Assembly (NCBI GenBank): GCA_016197285.1 | Contig: JACPWD010000019.1 | Span: 37,992 to 101,991, forward strand | DNA: 64,000 bases | Origin: Deltaproteobacteria bacterium | Lineage (GTDB): Bacteria > Desulfobacterota > Binatia > Bin18 | Direction of reading: 5' to 3' | In this document: piece after piece, positions 49,674 through 59,093 of the stretch | Layout of the letters: the number at the start of each line of letters is the position of its first letter | Numbering within the stretch: the stretch's first letter is position 1 | Notes under the pieces: model-generated | Seen by the model: the letters and a program-made list of their open reading frames with translations, nothing else | What the model was told of the DNA's origin: nothing | Databases searched by the model: none | Made by a program: the position numbers and the translations under genes

Positions 49674-51245
49674 TCATGGGAGCAGCACCGTCTTCATGAT
49701 GTGGAAGATGACGTTCTGCTCCAGCACGCCATGCACGAGGTGCGCGCCGGGGCCGGTAGCGTAAATCGCCACATCCTCTCCCCCGTGGGTTTCGAGGAAG
49801 AATGGTGCAATCGCTTCCTGCATGTAGTTCGGAGCGGTGGTGTCGGTGTTGGTGAGATCCGGTCGCGCATACGGCTCGCTTTTATAGGTCTTAGGCATAT
49901 GGGGGAAGGTTTTGCTGCCGTGCGGCTGGCTATCCGAAGTGCCGGTGTATCCCGGACCGTTGGCATAGTTCAGTGTCGTATACGGAAGACCGAACTGATC
50001 CTTGGCGGGTTCGGTGCTGTCCGGTTCAATCACTTTCCCCAGGATGGGATTGCCGCGTTTGGGATAGCCCGCCATCGTCAGCGTGTGGCTGTGGTCAGCG
50101 GTGACAATAATCAGCGTGTCACGTGGGTCCGTCATCTGGAGTGCGGTAGTGACCGCGCGAGAAAATTCGATGGCTTCGGTCAACGCGCGATACGCGTTGC
50201 CCATATGATGACCGTGGTCGATCCTGCCGCCCTCGACCATTAAGAAAAAGCCTTTCTTGTTTTTCTTGAGCATGGCGAGCGCGGTGTGAGTCATCTCCGA
50301 GAGCGAAGGCTCTCCGCCGGCATCCGAGGCGCGATCGGCCTCGAATTTCATATGTGACCGCTCGAACAGGCCCAGCAAATGGTCGGTCGCTTGCAAGTCG
50401 ATAGCGTCGAGCTGCGATTTGTTCCAGGCATAGGCTGCTCGTGGTTGCTCCAGCCATGTCTTGACGAGGTCGCGATCATCGAGGCGCGCCCCCGTCTCAC
50501 TGGGCTCTTCCGGGTCGATGATCCTCGTGGGGAGAAAAAAACTACGACCGCCGCCGAGGGCTACTTCCAAGCCGTTGCCGTGCTTGAATTCGATCAACTG
50601 CCGGGCGATGTCGGGGAAGTGCGCGGCTTTGGCGGCATCGGGAAGCTTCCCGTCCCATTCCCAGTCCCGGTCAACCGTGTGCGCATAACAAGCGCCCGGA
50701 GTTGCGTGCGTCACCGTCGTCGTGGTCACTACTCCAGTAGAAAGTCCTCGTTGTTCTGCGAGTTCGAGGATCGTGGTCAGTTCATTACCTTTCACCGACG
50801 TGTAATCGTCCTTGATGCCATTTTGATTCACGGAGAGGAAGCGGTCTTTCGTTTTGACGCCGGTGACCATCGCGGTCATGGTGGGCGCGGAGTCCGGAGT
50901 CTGTTGGTTGACGCTGTACGTCTTCGACAAGGCGACATAAGGAAATTTCTCGAAGCTCAGGGAGTTGTCTTCCCCGCTCTCTCCGCGCAACTGCCCCTCC
51001 AGAATGCGCGCGGCAGTCACGGTGGTGATCCCCATGCCGTCGCCGACAAAGAGGATGACATTCTTAGCCCGGTTCGCGCGAGGCTTGAGCTGCTGCGCCC
51101 CCTGTACCGCCCGTTGACCGGCGGCGTACCACTCGGCGGCGGTAGCAGGACCGGCGGCGCGCGCGGATGGTGCGATGGTAAAGAGACCAATGGCAGTACT
51201 GACCGTAACGATACTAAGACGACATCGCAAGAAATATATATTCAT
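49674..51245 (-). CDS. Alkaline phosphatase (PhoA family), secreted
   Basis: Signal peptide. VILFVGDGMGITT...DSAPTMTAMVTG (active-site Ser region), HSHTLT, DHGHH motifs. Confidence 0.88.
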   Translation of the reverse strand: MNIYFLRCRLSIVTVSTAIGLFTIAPSARAAGPATAAEWYAAGQRAVQGAQQLKPRANRAKNVILFVGDGMGITTVTAARILEGQLRGESGEDNSLSFEKFPYVALSKTYSVNQQTPDSAPTMTAMVTGVKTKDRFLSVNQNGIKDDYTSVKGNELTTILELAEQRGLSTGVVTTTTVTHATPGACYAHTVDRDWEWDGKLPDAAKAAHFPDIARQLIEFKHGNGLEVALGGGRSFFLPTRIIDPEEPSETGARLDDRDLVKTWLEQPRAAYAWNKSQLDAIDLQATDHLLGLFERSHMKFEADRASDAGGEPSLSEMTHTALAMLKKNKKGFFLMVEGGRIDHGHHMGNAYRALTEAIEFSRAVTTALQMTDPRDTLIIVTADHSHTLTMAGYPKRGNPILGKVIEPDSTEPAKDQFGLPYTTLNYANGPGYTGTSDSQPHGSKTFPHMPKTYKSEPYARPDLTNTDTTAPNYMQEAIAPFFLETHGGEDVAIYATGPGAHLVHGVLEQNVIFHIMKTVLLP

Positions 51246-51260
51246 GAAGAATCCTTTCTC

Positions 51261-52511
51261 TTACTCGGGCATTGGTTTGCTCAACACCTTCCAGACGGCC
51301 TCGCCGAGGCGGCGGCGTTCCTCGGCGTCCACTCCTTCTGTGGTGATTTCTTCCTCGGCTGCCCGGAGGACCGCATCATGATCCACGGCAAGTCGGGCGT
51401 GAGACCCGAACAGCTCAACCGTTCGGTCGCCAATGTCGGAGAGGGCAGGGCGCAAATCGGCTGCAAGGTCCAACCCTCGTGCCCAGACGGGAATCCTGTG
51501 GGGATTCTTGAGCATCGCTTCCTGGACCTGTTTCGCTACGTCAATTTGCCGGCGAAAGAGTTCGCGAGTGGCGTCGGCATTCGCGCCTCGTTCTCGTGCC
51601 AGGCTGGCGGCATGGGCAATGACGAGGCCTTCTTGTCTCAGATCTTCGACGGGCAGATTGTACCGCTGCTTGTAGTCGGCGATGGCTGGCATCAGAGCGA
51701 GCCGCAGGTCAAGGAAGGCGAAGACAGCGGAGAGAGGAGAAAGGGGCCGTGCGCGCTCTTCTCTAAGCCAGCGTTGGCGGAGACCAGGGAGAAAACCATC
51801 GTGTTCTCGATCCGCGAGCCAATGGTCGAGCCACTCGCGCCAAGGACCATCGGTTCGTCGTACAAGATAGGCTTTGCGATCGCGTCCGAACGCCGGCAAG
51901 GCAGAGAGGCGGCTATAACGTGCAAGGAATTGCGGTGCCTCGAAAGAATCCGTCAAAAGGGCGTCGGCTTGCTTATGTTCGACTAACGTGGGCAGTTCCA
52001 TATTTTTCGCTGTTGCCAGGATCGTCGCGCTACCGAATCGTGACCTTGCTACCTGTTCGAGATGGCCGCCAGCATTGACCGCCAGCCGGACGCCAGCCTG
52101 ATCGACAGCCGCCACCGAGGGAAAGCGGCTCGTATCGGCGACCAATACCATCGCACCGGACACGGCGTAAGGATGCGTAAAGGTGCTCCACAACAGCCGC
52201 TCCGGTCTCATCGTTACCCCGCTCATCGCGAGATCGAATTTTTCCGCCATGACATCGTGTCTGAGTTCTGGCCAACGAAACCGCACGATGTCGAAACGCA
52301 CGGCGAGATCGGCAGCCAAGCGGCGCGCCATTTCGACCTCGAATCCAGAACATTCCTGCGCCGACTCCGTGCACACGCAAAACGGTGCGTAGTCGCCGCT
52401 CATCCCGACCCGTAGCACGCCGCGTACGCGAATCTCGTCGAGGCTGGTAGCGGATGCCAGAACCGGGAACCACCACACGAGTACGGTAACAGCAAGTAGA
52501 AGAAAGCGCAC
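51261..52511 (-). CDS. Secreted fusion protein: periplasmic solute-binding (SBP_bac_3 / cyclohexadienyl-dehydratase-like) domain plus AroQ-type chorismate mutase domain
   Basis: Signal peptide. The N-terminal ~230 aa have type-3 SBP features (GVLRVGMSGDYAPF...). The C-terminal part reads LDLRLALMPAIADYKQRYNLPVEDLRQEGLVIAHAASLAR...LFRRQIDVAKQVQ, consistent with chorismate mutase type II. Confidence 0.6.
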   Translation of the reverse strand: MRFLLLAVTVLVWWFPVLASATSLDEIRVRGVLRVGMSGDYAPFCVCTESAQECSGFEVEMARRLAADLAVRFDIVRFRWPELRHDVMAEKFDLAMSGVTMRPERLLWSTFTHPYAVSGAMVLVADTSRFPSVAAVDQAGVRLAVNAGGHLEQVARSRFGSATILATAKNMELPTLVEHKQADALLTDSFEAPQFLARYSRLSALPAFGRDRKAYLVRRTDGPWREWLDHWLADREHDGFLPGLRQRWLREERARPLSPLSAVFAFLDLRLALMPAIADYKQRYNLPVEDLRQEGLVIAHAASLARERGANADATRELFRRQIDVAKQVQEAMLKNPHRIPVWARGLDLAADLRPALSDIGDRTVELFGSHARLAVDHDAVLRAAEEEITTEGVDAEERRRLGEAVWKVLSKPMPE

Positions 52512-52529
52512 GGAACCGCTCCCTGCGTT

Positions 52530-53048
52530 TTAGTGAATGCCTTGTTCGATGTATTCGCGCGCGAAGCGCACGTAATTGTTGGCGTTCAGGTGTAGGCGCT
52601 CAAGCTCTTCTGGTTTGAGCGGACGGATGACTTTGGCTGGGTTGCCTACCGCCAGGGAGCGTGGAGGAATCTGCGCCCGTGGAGACACCACGGCCCCAGC
52701 TCCGATCAAACATTCCTCTCCGATCTCCGCCCCGTCGAGAATGACTGCGCCCATCCCCACCAAAGTAAAGTCGTGAATCGTACAGGCATGCACGACCACA
52801 TTGTGGGCAATGGACACGCCATCGCCAATAATCGTGGGAATGCCGCCACTAAACACATGCACGGTAGAATTATCCTGGATATTGACGCGCGCACCAATAC
52901 GAATGAAGCAGACATCTCCGCGTACGACCGCATTGAACCACACGCTGGACTCGGCACCGATATGCACGTCGCCGATCACATGAGCGCTCTGTTGAACATA
53001 GGCGCTGGGATCGATCTGCGGGCTGATGCCGTGGTGAGCAATAATCAT
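52530..53048 (-). CDS. Gamma-class carbonic anhydrase / hexapeptide-repeat (PaaY/CaiE-like) protein
   Basis: Left-handed beta-helix hexapeptide repeats with the gamma-carbonic-anhydrase His pattern (SVWFNAVVRGD..., NIQDNSTVHV). Start MIIAHHG (RBS GGAGGA). Confidence 0.8.
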   Translation of the reverse strand: MIIAHHGISPQIDPSAYVQQSAHVIGDVHIGAESSVWFNAVVRGDVCFIRIGARVNIQDNSTVHVFSGGIPTIIGDGVSIAHNVVVHACTIHDFTLVGMGAVILDGAEIGEECLIGAGAVVSPRAQIPPRSLAVGNPAKVIRPLKPEELERLHLNANNYVRFAREYIEQGIH

Positions 53049-53176
53049 GGTTCCTCCGTTCTCAGCCACTGCACATACGGACAGGGCGGCGAGCGGTCAA
53101 GGTCAGCGCTTTCTTCGACACCGTGGCTTGTTCCACTTCTGGGAAGCGTTTAAGGTCAGCCACAGGAGGACCGCTC

Positions 53177-54367
53177 ATGCGCATCGGTATTCGCTTCGGT
53201 CTGTCACTACTCGGGATCGTTCTCGTGTTCGTCACCTCTAACGTCCTTGCCCAAAATACCTCTTCGCGACCGGATGGTTGGCAAGGCCCGTGGCCGGGGG
53301 ATTGGCAAGGCACCAAACCCGCTCCACAGAAAGAATTACCCGCTCCAGCACCCCAGCGGACCACGCCTTCCGGAAAACAGGTGATGGAAATTCCCTCGCA
53401 GCAAAGCACGCCGCCAGCGCCGCGCCAACAAGCGGAGATTCCTCCACGCCCGCAATCAGAAGGACCTCGTCCCACGCAATTCATTCCCGTTACCGTCACC
53501 GATCAACAAGGTCGATACGTCGCCGGCCTCCAGCCTGAAGATTTTACCCTCTACGAAGATGAAGAACCGCAGCGGGTCACCTACTTCAACACCGGCGAGA
53601 AAGAACCCATCAGCATGGGGATTTTAGTCGATACCAGCGGCAGTATGGAGACGAAGATCGACCGTGCGCGGATCGCGTTGCGTCGTCTCATCGACTCCAT
53701 CCGCCCGCGCGACGAGGTTTTTCTGGAAGCCTTCAGTTTACGTCCGGTGCTCTTACAAGACTTCACCGATAGCCGTCCGCTCCTGGCGCGCGCCATCGGC
53801 ATGTTGCGCCCGGTGGGCGGGACGGCACTGTACGATGCTATGCTGGATGCTTTGCTGCGCCTTCTTCATGGGCAGAATCCCAAGAAAGCGTTGTTCGTTA
53901 TCAGTGATGGAGACGACACCAACAGCTTCAATTCGCTAGAACAAACCATTCTCGCGGCGCGACGTGCCGGAGTCCTCATTTATGCTGTTGGGATTCAAGG
54001 GTCCGGCGATGGCCCTGTCAACTTGCAACTTGGGCCATTTTCTTTGGGGGGAGGTGGCGGTATGAACGACGCCAGAGGGGCACGTATCCTGCACGAAGCG
54101 ACGAGCCAGACTGGAGGAACTCTCTTCACGTTGAGCAGCCGGGACGTGATGGGGACCGAGTCGGTACTCGATAAAGCCATCCAAACCGTCTCCCGCGAGC
54201 TTCGTTCCCAATACAGCCTGGGCTACACACCAACAAAGCGTGGGAGCCAATACCGGAACGTTCGCGTTGCCGTGCGTCGTGCGGACGCCGAGCAACTGAC
54301 CGTGCGTACGCCAAAAGGGTACGCGGTCGATGCCGAAAAGCGAGTGGTCGAAACCGGACGCTGGTAG
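53177..54367 (+). CDS. Secreted vWA-domain protein with a Pro/Gln-rich N-terminal linker
   Basis: Signal peptide MRIGIRFGLSLLGIVLVFVTSNVLA. vWA metal-ion-dependent adhesion site (MIDAS) motif ILVDTSGSM. ATG at 53177 (RBS GGAGGA). Confidence 0.75.
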   Translation: MRIGIRFGLSLLGIVLVFVTSNVLAQNTSSRPDGWQGPWPGDWQGTKPAPQKELPAPAPQRTTPSGKQVMEIPSQQSTPPAPRQQAEIPPRPQSEGPRPTQFIPVTVTDQQGRYVAGLQPEDFTLYEDEEPQRVTYFNTGEKEPISMGILVDTSGSMETKIDRARIALRRLIDSIRPRDEVFLEAFSLRPVLLQDFTDSRPLLARAIGMLRPVGGTALYDAMLDALLRLLHGQNPKKALFVISDGDDTNSFNSLEQTILAARRAGVLIYAVGIQGSGDGPVNLQLGPFSLGGGGGMNDARGARILHEATSQTGGTLFTLSSRDVMGTESVLDKAIQTVSRELRSQYSLGYTPTKRGSQYRNVRVAVRRADAEQLTVRTPKGYAVDAEKRVVETGRW

Positions 54368-54401
54368 GGCTGCCAGCCTCGCTTCCGGGAAATGCTGAGC
54401 G

Positions 54402-54788
54402 TTATTTCTTATTGCGGAAGAAATGCTCCCGCACTTTTTCGCGGTCGAGAGGCGCGGTCGAAAAGGTGTCGAACACGCTGGCGATGGCCTGAATGCAACG
54501 CACGAAATCCGGCCAGACCGTCGCTGGGCCATTGAATGTGAGATTGACGGTTTCCACGCCAGCGTGGGTATGCTCGGAGCCGCCGGGTTTCGTACTCTGG
54601 ACATCGAAGGCGCGCACAGGCGCGGTGACGCGCAAGTGAAAGACGTCGGAAGCTTCGGTGCCGACCGGACGGCGTAGCTCCATCTTCAACTCGCTTTCGC
54701 CGCCATCGACCTCCACGATATACCATTCGCCGGGATAGGCGCTGGAGACTTTGAGTTGTGGGATTTTTTCTTCCGCTGAATCAGCCAT
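54402..54788 (-). CDS. Hypothetical protein (128 aa)
   Basis: Good coding bias. No recognisable family. Confidence 0.5.
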   Translation of the reverse strand: MADSAEEKIPQLKVSSAYPGEWYIVEVDGGESELKMELRRPVGTEASDVFHLRVTAPVRAFDVQSTKPGGSEHTHAGVETVNLTFNGPATVWPDFVRCIQAIASVFDTFSTAPLDREKVREHFFRNKK

Positions 54789-54954
54789 ACTTACTCCTTC
54801 TGTTCCGCTCGCTCCTCGTCGTTGGGAGTCAACGCCTCAATTGTATGGATGCACAGGCCAGCCTCATGTTCGGGGAAAAAAGAAAGGCCCCCACAGAATG
54901 AGGGCCTTTCAAGATGAGTTTTCCGCCTAAGGAGCCAGAGAGATGAAAGTGAAC

Positions 54955-55017
54955 TTACTTCTTCTTTGCGGGAGCTTTTTTCGCCGGTTTCTTTGCTGCG
55001 GCTTTTTTCGCTGCCAT
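54955..55017 (-). CDS. Tiny lysine/alanine-rich ORF (MAAKKAAAKKPAKKAPAKKK, 20 aa) with a strong RBS
   Basis: CTAGGAGGTCTCTATG: a GGAGG Shine-Dalgarno at ideal spacing. The sequence resembles the basic tails of histone-like/HU or ribosome-associated proteins. Coordinates are ±1 nt. It may be a real small protein or chance. Confidence 0.25.
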   Translation of the reverse strand: MAAKKAAAKKPAKKAPAKKK

Positions 55018-55464
55018 AGAGACCTCCTAGTTATTAGGGCTTCCAAGGGTGTCGAGACCTGAGCAACTAGGGATTGCTCTTCGGGATTCTCGATCTCCTT
55101 GGTCACCCGTGGGTGTTTAAGGGAACCCCTACAACGTACAGTTGAGCCCTAGGCGGAGCCCATACGGGGTCTATCTCTAGCAAAGCATGCCGCTGCCGTC
55201 AAGATGGAAATAGTATTTGAGAAAAGTTTTTTTGAAAAAAAGTCCTTTCTGTACAGAGGGTTCATGGACTTAAAATGCTGTTGCTGAAAAACACCCGACC
55301 AAATTAGCAGCGTGTTCTACTTCTAAGCAAACAATGTCACATATTTTTTGACGAAACAGCGCAGTTTGTGAGATTACAGGTATTGACCCTGCAAAGGGAG
55401 TTCGCTAGGCTGCTGGGCGCATAGAGACGTCTGGATTTGTGGGAACCCCGCCGTCTTGAGCCGA

Positions 55465-55506
55465 GGCCCGAATGACATCATTCGGGCCTTTTCCTTTTAT
55501 TTTTCC
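55465..55506 (+). terminator. Rho-independent terminator (GGCCCGAATGACATCATTCGGGCC followed by TTTTCCTTTTATTTTT) at the end of a ~700-bp AT-rich non-coding region
   Basis: Perfect 10-bp stem plus a T-run on the plus strand. There is no plus-strand CDS upstream, which suggests an unannotated plus-strand transcript (sRNA?) ending here. It could also act bidirectionally for the minus gene ending at 55497. Confidence 0.5.
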
Positions 55507-56084
55507 AGCTCTTCTCGGATAGAAGACATCTTCTGGCGCGCCTCGATAATGCAGGCGTCGAGATTGCGGCGGTGGTTGGCAGAAAGCCCACTCGGACTGC
55601 CGTCTCGTACCCCAGACACATACAGGCGTAACCGCTCGATTCCTTGGGCAAAACGACTTTCGGCGGAAGGGAACCAGAAGCGTTCGGCCTCGTTCTCGAA
55701 CAGGGTATCCGCTTCTAACAGGTTCGGGTCATATTCGTTGATCGAGACTTTCGTAAGATGTTCCTTAAATACCCGTAAACTCTCACGAAATGTCTGAAGG
55801 AGACCAAGCTGACGAGAGGCGTTATTATCTGCCCATAGTCGTGGCCCCCACAGGAAAAAGTCGTTTGGCCGCCATCCGAACCCGTCCTGGAGTTCGTGAG
55901 CCATTAGGGCGATCAATGTCGAAGCGAAGATTTCTCCAGGCTGAAAAGTGTGTTCGGCAAACTCCCCTGAGCCGAAATCCATCGGCAGTCGGTTATGCCT
56001 TCCCTGCCCAATCCAGAGCGCCAACATCCCACTCAGCCAGAGAAGAATCAGGACTCTGCCACTGCGTCTTGGCGGACGAAACAT
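55497..56084 (-). CDS. Hypothetical membrane-anchored protein (195 aa)
   Basis: N-terminal transmembrane helix (VLILLWLSGMLALWIG), then a soluble domain. Unknown family. Confidence 0.5.
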   Translation of the reverse strand: MFRPPRRSGRVLILLWLSGMLALWIGQGRHNRLPMDFGSGEFAEHTFQPGEIFASTLIALMAHELQDGFGWRPNDFFLWGPRLWADNNASRQLGLLQTFRESLRVFKEHLTKVSINEYDPNLLEADTLFENEAERFWFPSAESRFAQGIERLRLYVSGVRDGSPSGLSANHRRNLDACIIEARQKMSSIREELEK

Positions 56085-56167
56085 GAGTCATGATCCCATT
56101 GCCCTTTTGCCGAGGCAAGAACATTTTCATTTTTGTCTTGCTCGTTGCCTGACAAGCCGGGCCTCGC

Positions 56168-56929
56168 GTGGTATTTTGCCGGCGGTTCCTCGAAGAAAAG
56201 GCGCATTCCCGCGTGGCAAGAAAACTCCAGTCCTCTCGGCGGTCGGATTCCCCGGTGAGCAGCGAAGCTTCCTCTGAGGAACGGTCCCCAACGAAAGAAC
56301 GTATCCTCGACAGCGCCGAAGAGCTTTTCGCACAAAAAGGATTCGACGGTGCGCGCACGCGCGATATCGCCGCCCGAGCCAGCGTTAATATCTCTACCCT
56401 GCACTTTCACTGCAAGAGCAAGGAAGATCTCTATACTGCCGTCTACCAGCGGCAAATCGCTCGGCGTACAGCGCTTGCCGGGGAGGTGCTAGCCGTGTTT
56501 TCGCAAGCTGGCGATTCCCCGGACAGATGGTCGTCGATTGCCCAAGCCATCGTGACTCTGCTCTTCGATTTTTTTCGCCGTTACCCGCACGCCGCTCGGC
56601 TCGATAGTTACCGCCTCCTTGAAGATACCGCTCCCCACTCCACGCTCCAGCAAGGGCAAGCGTTGCTCTTTTCGGTTGCCGAGCAGTTACGGAATTTTTT
56701 GCCGAAAGATCTTGCTCCGACCGCCGATGTGGCCCTCAATATCCTCTCGGTCAATGCCTTGCTGCGTGAGTATTTTGCCAGCCCGGAAGTGTTTGGACAG
56801 TTGCTAGGAGAGTCTGACCGGAGCCGTCTGGAAGCTCGTCTTCATCGGCACGTCCAGCAGCATGTGACGCGGCTTTTCCGGATGCTTGAAGCCTCGTCTG
56901 GACAACCCGCAGCTACGGCAGAGCGATAA
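56168..56929 (+). CDS. TetR-family transcriptional regulator
   Basis: TetR N-terminal HTH (ERILDSAEELFAQKGFDGARTRDIAARASVNISTLHFHCKSKEDLY). The true start is probably downstream of 56168; the N-terminal part of the track ORF lacks an RBS. Confidence 0.75.
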   Translation: MVFCRRFLEEKAHSRVARKLQSSRRSDSPVSSEASSEERSPTKERILDSAEELFAQKGFDGARTRDIAARASVNISTLHFHCKSKEDLYTAVYQRQIARRTALAGEVLAVFSQAGDSPDRWSSIAQAIVTLLFDFFRRYPHAARLDSYRLLEDTAPHSTLQQGQALLFSVAEQLRNFLPKDLAPTADVALNILSVNALLREYFASPEVFGQLLGESDRSRLEARLHRHVQQHVTRLFRMLEASSGQPAATAER

Positions 56930-59000
56930 TCAGGTTCTGCTCTTGATCCACAGTGATGTGCGCCGCCGTTCCTACCACCACGGTACATTCGCGTTCTTCA
57001 ATGACGGCAGGTCCAGAGAAAGTCTCACCGGAAGGAAGCGCGTAGCGGTCGTACACATCGCACCGTGCAAATCCGCCGCGTTCGGGCAGATACACGTCAC
57101 GAGCGCCTTTGCGCGCGGCGGCAACCGTCCGCCCTGTCTGCTCCGGCGTTTGTAGCCGAATGGCGGGCGACGGTCCCGAGGCCACCAGACGCCAGTTGAC
57201 TACCTCGATTTCTACCCCAGGATTGAGCCGTTTGTATAAACGCTTGTACTCCTCGTCGAACGCCCGTTGGAGTGCTGGCAGGTCCGCTTTCGTGAGCTGC
57301 TTGTCTGGGAGAGCAACCCGGATCTCGAACCCTTGGTGCAAGTAGCGCATATCCGCTGAGCGCGAAAGCGTCACCATGCCTTCGACTCCGGCGGCTTCCA
57401 ACAACGCGCGTCCACGCTCCTCCATGTCGCGATACAGGCGTTCCAATGCAGCGAAGTCGAGTTCCGACAACGGCGAGACATAGCTCTGCACGAAATCGAA
57501 GGCCAACGGCGCGGTTAGCATGCCAAAGGCCGAGGTGACACCGGCGGCGAGCGGACTCACCAGCGTTTTCAACTTCAACCGCTCGGCGACGCGATAGGCG
57601 TGTACGGGTCCGGCCCCGCCGAAAGCGATGAGGCCATAATCGCGCGGATCTCGCCCCTTCTCCACTAGATGCATACGCGCCGCGTTCGCCATGTTCTCGT
57701 TCACCACTTGATGAATGCCCCAGGCCGCGCGGATCATGTCTACTCCGAGCGGGCGAGCGATTTTCTTTTCTATCGCTTGCTGCGCCTTTTCCAGATTGAG
57801 GCGCATTTTTCCGCCGAGGAAATACTCTAGACTCAAATAGCCCAGCACCAAATCCGCATCCGTTACCGTTGGTTCCTCGCCGCCCCGGTCATAACATACC
57901 GGTCCCGGTTCGGCTCCAGCGCTGTCGGGGCCGACTTTGAGCAGCCCCAGTTTATCCACGCGCGCGATGCTTCCTCCGCCGGCGCCAATTTCGATCATTT
58001 CGATCACCGGCACTTTCAACGGTAGACCGCTGCCCTTCTTAAAACGGTACACTCGCGCCGCCTCGAAGTCCGTCGTCAACAGCGGCTTGCCGTGATCGAT
58101 CAAACAGATCTTCGCCGTCGTTCCTCCCATGTCGAACGAAATGACGCGGTCCATCTTGCGGTGCGTGCCGTGGAAGACGGCGGCAAGTGCCCCGGCTGCC
58201 GGGCCGGATTCGATCAGGCGGATTGGATATTCGCTGGCAACCCTGCAACTGGTGATGCCTCCGTTCGAGAGCATGATGAAAATGTCGCGCGGCAAGCCTA
58301 GAGCACGTAGGTCCGCGTTGAGTTGCTCCAGATAGCGCTTCGCCAGTGGCTGCACGTAGACGTTCGCCACCGTGGTCGAGGTTCGTTCGTATTCGCGGAT
58401 CTCCGGCATGACCTCGCTCGATACCGAGCACGAGAGCTGAGGGAAATGCGTGAGGACCAATCGTTTGATCGTCTGTTCATGGGCGGGATTACGAAACGCA
58501 TGCAGCAGGCAGACGGCCAGCGCCTCTATCCCGTCGTCCGCTAATCCCTGAATCACTGCGAGCGCTTCAGCGGGATCGAGCAGTATCATGACACGTCCGG
58601 CATGATCGAGCCGTTCGGTGACTTCACGCCGCAAGAAGCGAGGGACAAGCGGTTCTGGGTTTTCCAAAGAGATGTCGTAGATGTCATAACGCCGCTCGCG
58701 ACCGATTTCCAAGGCGTCGCGAAATCCTTTGGTGGTAATCAGGCCGGTCTTCGCTCCTTTGCGCTCGATAATGGCGTTGGTAATCAGCGTGGTGCCGTGA
58801 ACGAGATGGGTGACCGACTGCGGCGCCAGACCTTGGTCGGTGAGGAGTTCGCGGAGGCCGTGTACGACTGCTTCTGCAGGATTCCGTGGAGTGGTCAGCA
58901 CCTTACCGATGGCAATGTGGTCGCCGGAGTCGGACAGCAAGAAAATATCGGTGAAGGTGCCGCCAATATCCACGCCAACGCGATAGGTCTGCTGTGTCAT
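56913..59000 (-). CDS. hyuA: Hydantoinase A / N-methylhydantoinase A (HyuA, oxoprolinase family)
   Basis: YRVGVDIGGTFTDIFLL...HGTTLITNAIIERKGAKTGLITTKGFRDALEI: Hydantoinase_A N-terminal and C-terminal domains. Start at MTQQTY (ATG 58998-59000). No hyuB partner in the window. Confidence 0.85.
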   Translation of the reverse strand: MTQQTYRVGVDIGGTFTDIFLLSDSGDHIAIGKVLTTPRNPAEAVVHGLRELLTDQGLAPQSVTHLVHGTTLITNAIIERKGAKTGLITTKGFRDALEIGRERRYDIYDISLENPEPLVPRFLRREVTERLDHAGRVMILLDPAEALAVIQGLADDGIEALAVCLLHAFRNPAHEQTIKRLVLTHFPQLSCSVSSEVMPEIREYERTSTTVANVYVQPLAKRYLEQLNADLRALGLPRDIFIMLSNGGITSCRVASEYPIRLIESGPAAGALAAVFHGTHRKMDRVISFDMGGTTAKICLIDHGKPLLTTDFEAARVYRFKKGSGLPLKVPVIEMIEIGAGGGSIARVDKLGLLKVGPDSAGAEPGPVCYDRGGEEPTVTDADLVLGYLSLEYFLGGKMRLNLEKAQQAIEKKIARPLGVDMIRAAWGIHQVVNENMANAARMHLVEKGRDPRDYGLIAFGGAGPVHAYRVAERLKLKTLVSPLAAGVTSAFGMLTAPLAFDFVQSYVSPLSELDFAALERLYRDMEERGRALLEAAGVEGMVTLSRSADMRYLHQGFEIRVALPDKQLTKADLPALQRAFDEEYKRLYKRLNPGVEIEVVNWRLVASGPSPAIRLQTPEQTGRTVAAARKGARDVYLPERGGFARCDVYDRYALPSGETFSGPAVIEERECTVVVGTAAHITVDQEQNLIIALP

Positions 59001-59093
59001 GGCGGCACTATACCTGAGCGAGGGAGGAGCTGTCAGCCTGCTGCCGGCGAGTGGCGCGGCAGAAAAGAAAAGAGTACCCTGAGCGCGGAAAGG

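Noticed and set aside
49362-51986. Plus-strand ORFs 49362-50243 (293 aa) and 50379-51986 (535 aa)
   Set aside because: Antisense to the alkaline phosphatase and SBP–chorismate-mutase genes. The first also spans the CRISPR-like repeats.
58602-59093. Upstream part of ORF 58602-60092, as a possible Rho N-terminal domain
   Set aside because: It overlaps the hyuA N-terminal coding region on the opposite strand. The translation shows no OB-fold/Rho N-terminal-domain motifs. An ATG at 59094 with RBS GGAAAGG is the plausible start.
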